Virus record (IMG/VR): IMGVR_UViG_3300036795_000133
Coordinates: 50,085 to 114,084 of that record
DNA from: a virus
Direction: 5' to 3' (one strand)
DNA length: 64,000 nucleotides
The notes below the pieces were generated by a model. That model did no database searches. It had not been told where the DNA came from and saw only the letters and a program-made list of their open reading frames with translations. Both the position numbers and the translations under genes were made by a program. Each line of letters starts with the position of its first letter. Positions within the stretch are counted from its first letter, which is position 1. This document shows, in pieces, positions 9,080 through 18,864 of this stretch.

Positions 9080-10438
9080 TCACTTGAGGCCCGTCATCGA
9101 CTTGAAATTGGTCACCAGGGCCTGGCGGGACTGCTCGGCCTCTTCCTGGCGCACGCCCTCGGGCTCGTCCATGCGGGTGCCGAGTTCGGTCCCGCCGAGG
9201 TCCCGCAGGCCGCCGAGCTCCGCCATCTCGGCCATGACCTTGCGGACCACCTGGCCCGCGTCGACGGACTTGCCGTTGGCCATCTCCACGACGTGGCCGG
9301 CGCCTTCCAGCAGCGGCCGGGCCAGGTCGGTCACGTACGGTGGGACGCCGAAGTTGTGGAAGAGGCGGTCCCGCTCGGCGAGGAAGTCCTGCTCCTTGAG
9401 CCGGGCCTGGATCATGGCCAGTTCCCGCTGCGTTTCCTCCGCGCGGGCGTTCGCCAGGTTGATCTCGAACGCGTACTCGTCGGCGGCTAGTCCTGCGGCC
9501 ACGGGCTCCCTCTCCTGCTCTGGCGCGTAGCCGGGATCGGCGGTCGCGCCTTCCTCGTCCTCGAGCAGTCCCGCGGCGCCCATCTCCTGCGCGGCGGCCA
9601 CGAGCTCGTCAAGCTCGGCGTCCGACAGTTCCCCGTCACCGCCTCCGTCGGGTGCGGTGAGCGCGTCAAGCTCGTCAGCGGTGAGCACCGACCCGCCCGC
9701 CGCGAGCGCGTCTAGGGTGTCGTCAGGCAGGTCCAGCAGCTTCGCGAGCCGCTCCCTCTGCTCGTCGGTCAGGTTGCCGAGGTCCGCCATGGCGGCGCCC
9801 CCTTCCGGGTCGGCGCCGGCGGTTTCGCTGGCGGTGTCCGTCTGCTTGGCGGCTGCTTTCGCGGCCCTGCGCTGTGCCTTCTCGGCTTTCCGCTGCTCTT
9901 TCGGCGTGGCCAGGTCCGTGAAGGATTCCGCCGTCAGGTCGAATACCTTGTCCGGTACCGGAGAGGCGGCCTCGATGGCTTCCCATGCGCCGAGGCCGGG
10001 AATCCGGGGGTCGAGGGTGCCGAGGACGTGCTGGACTGCGCGGCTGAAGAACTTGCCGTCGCTGCGCTGGTAGTCCTCTACGATCCGGGCGGAGACGCCG
10101 AGCCGCGGGTTGGCCGCGAGAACCTTCTCCCCGTCCTCGGTGAGCTGGGCTGTGATCCACAGGCCGTCGTCGCCGAGTTCCATCGCGGTGATCTCGCCGC
10201 GGGTGCGCTCGGGGTCATTTGTGTGCGTGTTCTGACTGTCGGCGAGCTGAAAGGGGACCTGGTCGTACGCGCGGTCCTTGAACGCGCTGACGAGGCGGCC
10301 GAGGTAGTCGCGGTCGAAGTGCAGCGTCCGGCCCTTGTATTCGACGTCTCCCACCGGCAGGACACGCTTGCGCCACAGCCTGTTGCCGAGCTCTACCGCC
10401 TCTCCGGCGGTGAACGGGGTCAGGACCGCGGCGGTCAT
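9080..10438 (-). CDS. Prohead protease-scaffold fusion (Mu gpI-like)
   Basis: WRKRVLPVG..VPFQLAD..NTHT..GEITAMEL..GLW..GVSARI..HVLGTLDPRIPGL; acidic, helical C-terminal half. Confidence 0.75.
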   Translation of the reverse strand: MTAAVLTPFTAGEAVELGNRLWRKRVLPVGDVEYKGRTLHFDRDYLGRLVSAFKDRAYDQVPFQLADSQNTHTNDPERTRGEITAMELGDDGLWITAQLTEDGEKVLAANPRLGVSARIVEDYQRSDGKFFSRAVQHVLGTLDPRIPGLGAWEAIEAASPVPDKVFDLTAESFTDLATPKEQRKAEKAQRRAAKAAAKQTDTASETAGADPEGGAAMADLGNLTDEQRERLAKLLDLPDDTLDALAAGGSVLTADELDALTAPDGGGDGELSDAELDELVAAAQEMGAAGLLEDEEGATADPGYAPEQEREPVAAGLAADEYAFEINLANARAEETQRELAMIQARLKEQDFLAERDRLFHNFGVPPYVTDLARPLLEGAGHVVEMANGKSVDAGQVVRKVMAEMAELGGLRDLGGTELGTRMDEPEGVRQEEAEQSRQALVTNFKSMTGLK

Positions 10439-10439
10439 C

Positions 10440-11540
10440 TCAGGCGGCTGCCTTGCCGAACTTGCCGGCGTTCTTCGCGAACGTCAGCGCCCTGGCCGGG
10501 CTGAACCCCTTCGCGATCAGCCGCTTGTACATCGCCTTCTGCGCCGGGTTCAGCGCCCCCGCGTAGTCCTTGTCGGTGTCACCGGAGGGGGAGGCGTCGT
10601 TGTCGCCGTCCTTGTCCGGGTCATACGTGCCCGCGGCCTTGGTCATCCGCGGCCCGCCGCCTGAGCTTGCGGTCGGCGTGGCGAACGCTGCGGAGCGGAC
10701 CGCGGGGATGCCGTACTCGGCCATCAGCGGGGTCTGCTGCGGCTCCTGCTGAAGGGGCGCGGCCTGCGGGCGGACAGCGCCGCCGATGGCCTTGTTCCAC
10801 GTCCCGACCGCTTCCATGAGGGCGGTGCGCTGGTGGTCGCGGGGTTCGAGGTCCCGGCCGTTGACGCTCGCGACCCACCGGCCGTCCTCGGTCTTGCGGA
10901 GGCTGGCGATCTGCGCTCCGCCGTTGCGGTGCTGGAGTACTGCTGTACCGTCACTGCCGCGCTTGACGAGGACGTCCATGGGGCCGTGGATGGGACGGCG
11001 GACCGTTCCGGTGGCGAGTTCGACTGCTCCGCGTGTGCCGTTGGCGAGGGCGTGGGCGGCACCGCCCTTGACCGTCAGGGGGACGCCCTTGCGGACTCCC
11101 CCGGTACCGGGTGCGGGGGTGCGGAGGTCTTCCGGCTTCGCCTGCAGGGCCGTGCCGGAGGCACCGAAGCGGCCAGCAGCGGCTACGTGGCCGCACTCCG
11201 GGCAGGTGAGCATGCGGCCCTGGTCGTCCTTCGCCCGCATGGCGAGGGAGACGGCGTCACCGGCGTTCGCGTGCTGGGAGCCGCCGGGGGCAGCCCATGA
11301 GTCCTTGAGCGCCTGCTGCTTGCCGAACTGCGGCGCGGTCTTGCGGAGCAGCTTCGCGACCTGGGCGCGCTTGGCGGGGTCCTTGACGCGGCCGATCGCG
11401 CGGCGGGCCTTGTCCCAGTACTCGCCGTCCGGGACGGGAAAGCTGCCGTCGGCGAGAGCGTGACCCTGCTTGGCTAGCGCTCGCCGCCCTGCGGCCCGCA
11501 TAGGCGCTGGCGTGGCAGTCAGATCCAGGGACGCCGACAC
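10440..11540 (-). CDS. Multi-domain head-associated protein
   Basis: GTG at 11540 after RBS GGAAAGG; RRALAKQGHALADGSFPV domain, CPEC zinc ribbon, segments separated by SLDLT/AVSLA/AVELA. Confidence 0.6.
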   Translation of the reverse strand: MSASLDLTATPAPMRAAGRRALAKQGHALADGSFPVPDGEYWDKARRAIGRVKDPAKRAQVAKLLRKTAPQFGKQQALKDSWAAPGGSQHANAGDAVSLAMRAKDDQGRMLTCPECGHVAAAGRFGASGTALQAKPEDLRTPAPGTGGVRKGVPLTVKGGAAHALANGTRGAVELATGTVRRPIHGPMDVLVKRGSDGTAVLQHRNGGAQIASLRKTEDGRWVASVNGRDLEPRDHQRTALMEAVGTWNKAIGGAVRPQAAPLQQEPQQTPLMAEYGIPAVRSAAFATPTASSGGGPRMTKAAGTYDPDKDGDNDASPSGDTDKDYAGALNPAQKAMYKRLIAKGFSPARALTFAKNAGKFGKAAA

Positions 11541-11579
11541 GAGACCTTTCCCGGACGGCGCGCCTGCTGTCTTGACGGC

Positions 11580-11640
11580 AGCATACAGGCAGGCAGCGGC
11601 TAAATGCACGTGCATCCGGCGCTTGCATCTGCACGTGCAC
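11580..11640 (-). promoter_or_regulatory. Putative late promoter with TGCACGTGCA/GTGCAGATGCAC motif and -10 TATGCT
   Basis: ATGCACGTGCAT at 11604-11615, TGCATCTGCACGTGCAC at 11624-11640; TATGCT on minus strand at 11580-11585. Confidence 0.55.
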
Positions 11641-11708
11641 GACTAGAATGCTGGGACAGGGCCGGGCACGGTCGGCGCGCCGCTTATCGGTGCCCGGCCC
11701 CGCCCTTC

Positions 11709-12479
11709 TCAGAACAGCGTCAACGGCGGCTCGGTCGTAACATCGGCGGGGACGAGTTCGTAGACCGCATCGAGAACCTTGACGACTTCTTCGTCCGCAT
11801 GACCGAAGATCCGGAACCACTCGGATATCCGGCTGTCTCGCTGCTCAAAGGCGGCCGCCCACCGGAACGCGAGCGTGGCCTGCATCCATGCCTCAGTGCG
11901 CAGGTCACCCGGCTGCCGCCAGATGCAGCGGCATCCGCCAGTGTCCCATCCGCGGCGCGCGGCCCTACGCCGCGCCATGCGCACGAAGATCGAGTCGATT
12001 GTCTCGGTGGTGAATCCGACCTTCAGTCCCTGTGCGACCGGGAACCAGATGGCGTACACGGACGGCTCGCCCTTCTGCGCGCGGCGGCGGGTTCGCGCCG
12101 CTTCCGCCCGGCGGTCCCGATCCCGGTATGCTGCTTCCGCCCGGCGGTCCCGGTACGTTTCGGCTTGCAGGCGCTGGTACTCGGTCCGACACCTTCCGGG
12201 ACGGTTGCACACTGGGAACTGGGATGCAGTTGGCTGACCGCATAGCGCGCAGCCATGAGCGGGACGGTCCCGAAATGCGCCTACCTGCCCGTCTCCTGCT
12301 AGACGCCTGCTTTCTTTCCGGCACTTCCCCGGCCGGTTGCACATAGGGAACTTGGACCTAGTTGGGAGGCCACAGATGGAGCAGGGATGCTCTGGACCGG
12401 CCCTATAACCTCTTAGCAAGGGGATCCTTCCGGTGAGATCGGAATGGGGTTCTCTAGGCCCGGTTCGGTGGTAGGACAC
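11709..12479 (-). CDS. Putative GIY-YIG (T5orf172/MUG113-like) endonuclease with two Cys4 repeats
   Basis: CSICG..MCNRPGKC and CALCG..VCNRPGRC, then SVYAIWF..GLKVGFTT. Confidence 0.55.
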   Translation of the reverse strand: MSYHRTGPREPHSDLTGRIPLLRGYRAGPEHPCSICGLPTRSKFPMCNRPGKCRKESRRLAGDGQVGAFRDRPAHGCALCGQPTASQFPVCNRPGRCRTEYQRLQAETYRDRRAEAAYRDRDRRAEAARTRRRAQKGEPSVYAIWFPVAQGLKVGFTTETIDSIFVRMARRRAARRGWDTGGCRCIWRQPGDLRTEAWMQATLAFRWAAAFEQRDSRISEWFRIFGHADEEVVKVLDAVYELVPADVTTEPPLTLF

Positions 12480-12588
12480 CGGCCGGGCCGCTATCGAATA
12501 TCTTAGCGGTTGCAGCTGACATTCTCAGTTGGAGCCGCGCTAGACATGTGCCCGGCCTCTCACATGCCCGTGCGGGATAATGGGGGGC

Positions 12589-13095
12589 ATGGATAACGGC
12601 GCGCAAACTACCTGTCACACTCGCGGCGAGACCCGCGTCCGCTGGCGCAAACGGGAAGACGGCCTGGAGGAGTGCGTCCAGTTCGTCCCCGGCTACAACT
12701 GCCCCGAGCCCGGCGGGCACGGCCACGGCGTGCACAGCATGGAGGTCCGCTGGTTCCTGCGCGGCCCGGACGGCGCGGTCGTGCTCTCAATGGCCACGGA
12801 CTTCGTCCCCGGCGAGCGCAGGCCCGGTCACGGCCTGTCTCCGAGCGGCCTGAACGAGAACTGGGCACACTACCCGAGTGGTTTCGGGCTCCAGTACCAC
12901 TCCCGCGCCCCGCGCTACGAGGGACATGACGCTGAGGACGGCTGCGATCTTCTCGGCGGCCCGTGCTACTGCGACATGTGGCTTAGCGGCGCGGATGAGC
13001 CCGTGAAGCGCTTCACCGGCGAGGGTGAGCAGGTCATCTGGGACGCGCTGGAAGAGGCGTACGCAAGCCTTGCGGCGGAGACCTCGCGCTCCTAG
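12589..13095 (+). CDS. Hypothetical protein, probably leaderless, opposite to the head operon
   Basis: GATAAT-7 nt-ATG; coherent 168 aa ORF. Confidence 0.55.
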   Translation: MDNGAQTTCHTRGETRVRWRKREDGLEECVQFVPGYNCPEPGGHGHGVHSMEVRWFLRGPDGAVVLSMATDFVPGERRPGHGLSPSGLNENWAHYPSGFGLQYHSRAPRYEGHDAEDGCDLLGGPCYCDMWLSGADEPVKRFTGEGEQVIWDALEEAYASLAAETSRS

Positions 13096-14324
13096 AGCAT
13101 CTGCCCGGTGATCGTGCCCTCGTTAGCCATCTGCGCGCTGACCGTGCCCTTCGAGTACCGCGCGTGCTGCTTCCCGCCGTCCCCGGCGTCCGCGGTGACC
13201 TCGTCCAGCCCGTTGAGCCACTTCGCCTCGGCCGGGTAGTTGTCGCGGAGGTGCTGCCTGAGCTTCCCCGCGTGCTCCACCGCCCCGCCGAGGTGCTTCT
13301 CCGCGTGATCGGCGTTAAAGCTCCACTCGGTGGTCCCGGTACCCTCCGTCAAGGCCTGGGCGTGCCGGCCGGCGTGGGCGAGCTCGTGCAGCGTCGTTTC
13401 GAGCAGGTGCGCTGTCGTGGCCGCCTTGGCGTCCTCGCTGACCGCCTTCGCCAGCCCGAGCACCTGCGCGCTGACTGTGCCGACGTTGGCCAGCCCTGCC
13501 GCATTGCCCCCGAGAGGGAACCGCACAGCCTCGTCATCGCCCCGGTGCACCGTCAGGTGAGTGAACGTGACCGGCGTTGCGGGCACCGGGGCGGGAAGGG
13601 CCTCACCGGGCTCCACGTACGACATGGTGACGTGCGGCTTCCAGTCTTTATGCTCGCTGGCGGACAGGTCTTCCAGGCTGCTGCGGAGCCGCTCCGCGCC
13701 GGGCAGCACGACGCCGGCCCACGCGGGCACCTTCCCGTCGCTGCCGTCTGACGGCGGGAAGGTGCCGATGCCGCCGACGGTTCCCGAGAGCGGGCCGGGC
13801 ATCGCCGCCGCTGCGGCCTTCGCCCGGTCGCACGCCTGCGCGAATGCCTTGTCGTCCACGTCCGGGCCGAGGTAGACAACCGTGACGTGGTGATCCTGTA
13901 CGCCACCCGGCACCGGGGTTACAGTCCCCTGCGGAAGGTCAAGGGAGATCATGCCCGACCGGGCGTTCAGCTCGTAGCCGCGCGCCAGCCCGACCGTCTC
14001 CGCTACCGCGTCAAGCTCGGCAGCCTCAGCCGGGTAATGGGCGCGGATGTTCGCGGCGAGGTCATGCCCGGCGCCGAGGGCGGACTTCAGGTGCCCGGCG
14101 AGCCGTTCCGCATGGTACTTCCGCAGGTCCCCGGAAGCGGAACGGGCAGCCTCCATCCGCTGGGATGCGTGGGAGAGCTTGTGGAGGATCTCGTCCAGGC
14201 GGTGCGCGGTGAAGATGGAGATCGCCGCGGGGTCGTCCGGGACGGGAAGGCCGGGGGCCTGCATCGCCTCCGGGTCGACCTTCACGCCTGCCGCGAGGTC
14301 AAGGGCCTGCTCTGTGATGGTCAC
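13092..14324 (-). CDS. 2H phosphoesterase domain flanked by two helical repeats
   Basis: Two HxT motifs (HHVTVVYLG, KPHVTMSY); repeats AHRLDEILHKLSHA..HYPAEA and AHLLETTLHELAHA..NYPAEA. Confidence 0.8.
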   Translation of the reverse strand: MTITEQALDLAAGVKVDPEAMQAPGLPVPDDPAAISIFTAHRLDEILHKLSHASQRMEAARSASGDLRKYHAERLAGHLKSALGAGHDLAANIRAHYPAEAAELDAVAETVGLARGYELNARSGMISLDLPQGTVTPVPGGVQDHHVTVVYLGPDVDDKAFAQACDRAKAAAAAMPGPLSGTVGGIGTFPPSDGSDGKVPAWAGVVLPGAERLRSSLEDLSASEHKDWKPHVTMSYVEPGEALPAPVPATPVTFTHLTVHRGDDEAVRFPLGGNAAGLANVGTVSAQVLGLAKAVSEDAKAATTAHLLETTLHELAHAGRHAQALTEGTGTTEWSFNADHAEKHLGGAVEHAGKLRQHLRDNYPAEAKWLNGLDEVTADAGDGGKQHARYSKGTVSAQMANEGTITGQML

Positions 14325-15030
14325 GTTCTGGCCTCCGCCTCGGTAACCGGCTCCCACTCCGGGTCAGAGACAAGCTTCTCAAGCCTGACGTTGCGGATGA
14401 ACTCCTTATCGGCGGCATCCCATGCCCGGAGCTGGTTGTACTGCTGCCACGGGTTGTCTGTCTCGTGGCCGGTGACCTCATGCCAGTCCTCGTCCGGTAT
14501 CTGCGAGTTCGGCACGGTCTGGGTGACGTTCTTGTACATCACCGGGTCCGCGTTGCAGTACTTGCGCAGCGCGCCCTGGCCTACGGTCTCGAACCGCACC
14601 CGGTAGATGTTCACCGCAGCGCCTTCCCGTTGCCCGTGCGGGCGGCAGGCAGTTCCCGTCCCGCGTTGTCCCAGTTGCGCCAGATGGTCATCAGCTCAGC
14701 CAGGCACTCCGCGTAGGTCGGCTTGGTGATGACCAGCATCCGCTGCATCGTCGTGGTGAGGTGCCAGCCGTCCGCCGTGTAACTGTGCTCGGCTGCGGCC
14801 ACCGCGAACGCCGATCCCTTCAGGTCCCTGCTCGCGTACAGCCGCTTCCCGGCCGGAACGTCAACGCGTAGCATGACCCACTCGGGGTCAAGCTCTCCGG
14901 CCTTGCGGGAGGTGGAGTTACCGCGCCTCTCGTCCCGCCGTCGCTCGGCGCGCTCAGACGCCTGCGCCCAGACCTCACGGACCTCCGGCAGGAGCGTGCT
15001 GTCGTCATACTGCTCGATCTCGCCGCTCAT
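14321..15030 (-). other. Two hypothetical proteins (14321-14614, 14611-15030)
   Basis: Coupled ORFs; TAGAGT-7 nt-ATG at 15030. Confidence 0.55.
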
Positions 15031-15046
15031 GACGGGCACTCTACCG

Positions 15047-17689
15047 TCACGGCAGTTTCGCGGCCTGCGCCGTCAGCGCCGAGGCTTGCGAGTTGTACCA
15101 GGTGATCCGCGTCTGCAGCTGCCCGATGGCGGTACGGAGCTGCGGGGCGCTCATCCCCGCCGCGGCCTTGGTCGCCTGAGCCTGAGCTTGCGTCACCTGG
15201 GCCTGCGTTGCGCCTGCTGAGAGCGCTGCGGTCGAGGCCTGCTGCGCGGCGGACGGTGCCGGGGCTGCCGCCTTGGTGGTTGACCCTGCCGTCGCCGCGG
15301 TCGTCGACCCGGTTTGCGCGGCCGTAGTCGCACCGGCCTGAGCCGCTGTCGTGCCCGTGCTGGCGGGCGCCGTGCTGGTCGCCGGGGTAGTGCTGGCGCC
15401 CACGGTGGCGGTCGTCCCCGCAGCCTGCACGGTGGTGGCCGCGGCGGTCGTCGCCGTCGTCGTGGAGCCCTTTTGCGCGGCGGTGGTCGACCCCGCTTGC
15501 GCTGCCGTCGTTGACCCGGCCTGCGACTTCGTCGTGTTCGACCCGTACAGGGCGTTGTACAGGGCCGAGTTCAGCGCGGCCACCTCAACGCCGAGCAGGG
15601 CCGCTCGCTGCCGGTAGGACCGCGCTGTGGCCAGGAGCCGTGCCTTCTCCGCCGCCTTCGACGGGGGCTGCGTGTACGGGGCCTTCCCGTTCTGCTGCCC
15701 CTGCTGAGGGCCCCCGGAAGAACCGCCGCCGCCTGCGGGCTGCCCCATCCCGGCCTTGTAGTTCTGGTCGTGGGTGACAACCGTCTGCCGGACCGGGCCG
15801 TTCTTCGTGTTGACCGTGCGCTGGTACGTCTTGACGTCGACCACGGCAAGGTCGACGACCGCCCCGAGGTCGTCCCAGGTGACGGAATGGCCGTGCGCTG
15901 CCCTTGCCCTCGCTGCCGCCTGCGCTTCCTGCCCCAGCGCCCCTGAGGCTGCCGCGCGGACCTCGGGGTGCACGTTGCCCTTGCCGCTTTCCCACCTGCG
16001 GAGCGCGCCCCAGGCGACCCGCGACGCGTCGGCCTTGCTCATGCCGCGCTTGTGCATGAGCGCCTGAACGATCTGCTCGAAGTAATCCGAGTGCTTGTTG
16101 TCCTTCACGTCGTAGAGCCCCGGTCCGCCGGGGACTCCGTACGGCGCGGGAGTCGCCTCCAGCATCGGGGTGCGGGCGGACAGTTCGGCGACGGCAGCGA
16201 CATCCTCCCACGTGACCGACGCGTAGAAGTCGCGGCGCCCAGCGCCCGCTTTCTTGCCCATCAGGTTCGCCTGGAAGTCCGCGGCAGTAGGACGCCCATT
16301 CTGATCCCACCATTCCTTCAGCTCGGAACTCGCGTACTTCCGCGCCCTGGACTCCGGGCCGGTGAACAGGGTCCACGGGTCGATGCCGGCCTTCTTCCCC
16401 TCGGGACTCAGCAGGTACCCGTTGGTGGCGGCCTCCGCGCTGACAATCCGCCGGCGGACCTCGTCCTTGAATGCGTCACGGGTGAGGGCGTCGAACCCGC
16501 CTCCCTTGTGGCCCTTGGCGCGCAGGTCCGCGATAACGGCCTGCTTCTGCATCGCCTCGGGGTTGGTGCCGTGAGCGTGCGCCCACGCGTCCTCAGGGTT
16601 CTCGCCCTCGTTCACGAGCCCCTGGTAGACGCGGTTGCGGTCCGCCTCGGACTTGGGGGTCTCCGCGTACAGGGCACGCAGCCGGGCGCTCTTGTCCTCT
16701 TCGTCGCGGCGGTCGAGCTCGTCTACAACGTTCTGGCTCCGCCGCGGGTTGTCGGCGTGCCGCCGCAGAGCCTTCGCAAGTTGCTCGTCAGTCATGCGCC
16801 GCCGCGCTTCCTCGCCGCGGGCGATCCACTCTTTCTGCCCCTGGATCCACTTCTCCTGCGGTATCCAGCCCCGCGGCTGCGAGACGGTCGGCACGTCCTC
16901 TTCCTCTTCGTCCGCAGCGGCCTTCGCGGCAGTCTGCCTGGCGGACGCCCCGACTACCTCGACTCGCGGTCCGTTCCTCGTCTGCACCGTACGCTTGTAC
17001 TGACGCACGTTCACCGTCGCCAGGTCGAGCACCGCGCAGATCTCGTCCCACGACCGGGCGAACTGCTTGCTTCCCCTCGGCTGCGGCGAGTCCGGGGATG
17101 CGACGTTCGGGTCCGGCTTGCCCGCGCTCGTTCTCGCCGGGGCGTTGAGCGCCTGGTCCCCCGGTGGCTGCCGGGCGGTCGGCTTCTGCGCGTTCGCCCC
17201 CGGCCCGTATCCCGCGTTCGGGTCACGCCGTGCCGGGGCGGTTGAGTCGTCACCGTAGGAGTCCCGGTTGATCGCCGCGTAGTTCCTCGCCGCCACGTCC
17301 GCGATGTCCTTGACCAGCAGCAGGTGCCGGTTGACGCCGTCCATCGCCTGCCGTGCGCCGATGTGCCCCTCGTCGTCGTGGATGCCGTGGCGCGTCACCT
17401 GCTGGGGCGTCAGGGCGAACATGGCGGCGCGCAGGTGCCTTTGCGCGCCTTCCTCGTTCCCGGCTTCCAGGGTCTTGGCAGCGTCCCTCAGATGCACGTG
17501 GACCGGCATGTCCGGGTGGCTTTGCTGTACCTGGACGGCGAGGGCGCGCATCGACCGTGCGGTTTCCTTGCGCATCGGGGCGAGCGGGACCGGGCGTGTG
17601 CGCGCCGGGGGCTTGGCTGCCTGCGTGACTGCTGCCTTCACCGGGACCGGGCCAGTCTTTGCCTGCGCCTTGACCGCTGTAGCCGTCAT
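15047..17689 (-). CDS. Large (about 880 aa) modular head-associated protein
   Basis: ATG at 17689; three (S/T)W(D/E)(D/E)xxAVx(D/E)L(A/S) linkers; AEAATNGYLL..LFTG..KYASSELKEWW domain; Thr/Ala-rich tail. Confidence 0.65.
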   Translation of the reverse strand: MTATAVKAQAKTGPVPVKAAVTQAAKPPARTRPVPLAPMRKETARSMRALAVQVQQSHPDMPVHVHLRDAAKTLEAGNEEGAQRHLRAAMFALTPQQVTRHGIHDDEGHIGARQAMDGVNRHLLLVKDIADVAARNYAAINRDSYGDDSTAPARRDPNAGYGPGANAQKPTARQPPGDQALNAPARTSAGKPDPNVASPDSPQPRGSKQFARSWDEICAVLDLATVNVRQYKRTVQTRNGPRVEVVGASARQTAAKAAADEEEEDVPTVSQPRGWIPQEKWIQGQKEWIARGEEARRRMTDEQLAKALRRHADNPRRSQNVVDELDRRDEEDKSARLRALYAETPKSEADRNRVYQGLVNEGENPEDAWAHAHGTNPEAMQKQAVIADLRAKGHKGGGFDALTRDAFKDEVRRRIVSAEAATNGYLLSPEGKKAGIDPWTLFTGPESRARKYASSELKEWWDQNGRPTAADFQANLMGKKAGAGRRDFYASVTWEDVAAVAELSARTPMLEATPAPYGVPGGPGLYDVKDNKHSDYFEQIVQALMHKRGMSKADASRVAWGALRRWESGKGNVHPEVRAAASGALGQEAQAAARARAAHGHSVTWDDLGAVVDLAVVDVKTYQRTVNTKNGPVRQTVVTHDQNYKAGMGQPAGGGGSSGGPQQGQQNGKAPYTQPPSKAAEKARLLATARSYRQRAALLGVEVAALNSALYNALYGSNTTKSQAGSTTAAQAGSTTAAQKGSTTTATTAAATTVQAAGTTATVGASTTPATSTAPASTGTTAAQAGATTAAQTGSTTAATAGSTTKAAAPAPSAAQQASTAALSAGATQAQVTQAQAQATKAAAGMSAPQLRTAIGQLQTRITWYNSQASALTAQAAKLP

Positions 17690-18256
17690 GCGAACCACAC
17701 CTTCACCGTCAGCCAGAGGGACAGCATGTTGTCGTGCGCCCGGCATGCCAGGGTCGAGCCTTCCGGGCCGTCGCCGCGCCGGACATGGCCCCGGTTGTCG
17801 AACCAGCAGAGCACGGCCAGAGGCCATGGCATGCACGTCATGGCTACTCCCAGCCGATTCCGGTCGGCGGCAGGTTCCCGGCGGAGACGGGGGCCATGCT
17901 GTCGTCTGCCAGGACGGGCTCAACGTGCTCCAGCGCCCCGCAATGCACTGGGACGCTCAGGCCGACCGGGTCTGAGCGGTAGACCTCCACGAGTGCCGTG
18001 CCCTCGTGAATGGCGAGGATCTTGCCGCTCAGCTTGACGAAGTCGCCCGGCTCGGGGTCTTTGATCACGGTCGCGCCTCCGTCTCGTAACCTTCGGCTTC
18101 GTCTGCCAGCTTGCGGAATTCGTTGGCCAGCCATAGCAGTTCCTCGCCGCCCGGCGCGGTACTGCCGCTGCGAACGCTCCGCTCAACGTGCTGCTTGTAC
18201 TCGTCCTCGAGCGCGCGGGACCGCCTGCGCAGCGCGGCGATGACCTGAGCGCTCAC
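17686..18256 (-). other. Three small hypothetical ORFs
   Basis: Coupled ORFs at about 17686-17841, 17844-18071 and 18065-18256. Confidence 0.4.
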
Positions 18257-18864
18257 GGCAGATTCCCCGACATTGTCGGCGGCTCGCCGTCGCACACGGC
18301 CGCAGCAGCGCGGCTGAGCCCGGTCACCGTCTTCTGGCCGGCAAGCCACTCGTAGCGGTACTTCACCTCGCGCGCGTCATCCAGCGCGTTGTGACTGCGG
18401 GTGCCGGGCATCGACGGCACCTGCTTCTCCCTGCCGGAACGCTCAAGTTCCTGCCGCAGGTCGTGCGTCCACATCGGGATGCCCTCGGGAAGGTCGATCA
18501 TGCGGCCCCATAGCTGGCAGAGGACGACATGGTCGTAAGCGCCCCAGTCGGCCCAGAGCTGCGGGTCCGGCGCGGCGAGGATGAACGCGCCGACCTCGGC
18601 CGCGATCTGGGCGCGCGGCTTCACGCACGCATCGGCGTAGTTGAACAGCCAGCGCTTCGGCATGTCGAAGATCCACGGGCCGTGCGCCTTCGGCAGTGAC
18701 GGGACGACGTTCTCCATCAGCCACGGGTTCTTGCGGATCCGCCGGATCGGCATGTCGCGGTTGACCGCGTAATACTCGCGGCCATCGTCCGCAACCAACC
18801 CGATCGAGATCAGCGCGATCGTGGACCCGTCCTCAAGGAATTCCGTGTCGTAATAGCATCGCAT
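18253..18864 (-). CDS. DEDDh 3'-5' exoribonuclease, RNase AS (Rv2179c)-like
   Basis: YYDTEFLEDGSTIALISIGLVADDGREYYAVN..LWADWGAYDHVVLCQLWG..HNALDDAR. Confidence 0.85.
   Translation of the reverse strand: MRCYYDTEFLEDGSTIALISIGLVADDGREYYAVNRDMPIRRIRKNPWLMENVVPSLPKAHGPWIFDMPKRWLFNYADACVKPRAQIAAEVGAFILAAPDPQLWADWGAYDHVVLCQLWGRMIDLPEGIPMWTHDLRQELERSGREKQVPSMPGTRSHNALDDAREVKYRYEWLAGQKTVTGLSRAAAAVCDGEPPTMSGNLP

Noticed and set aside
12095-12155. Tandem repeat GCTTCCGCCCGGCGGTCCCG
   Set aside because: Reflects the coding repeat AEAxxRDRxxR within 11709-12479.
13887-13960. Intein or Hint-domain release of the 2H domain
   Set aside because: No Cys/Ser start or His-Asn end motifs.
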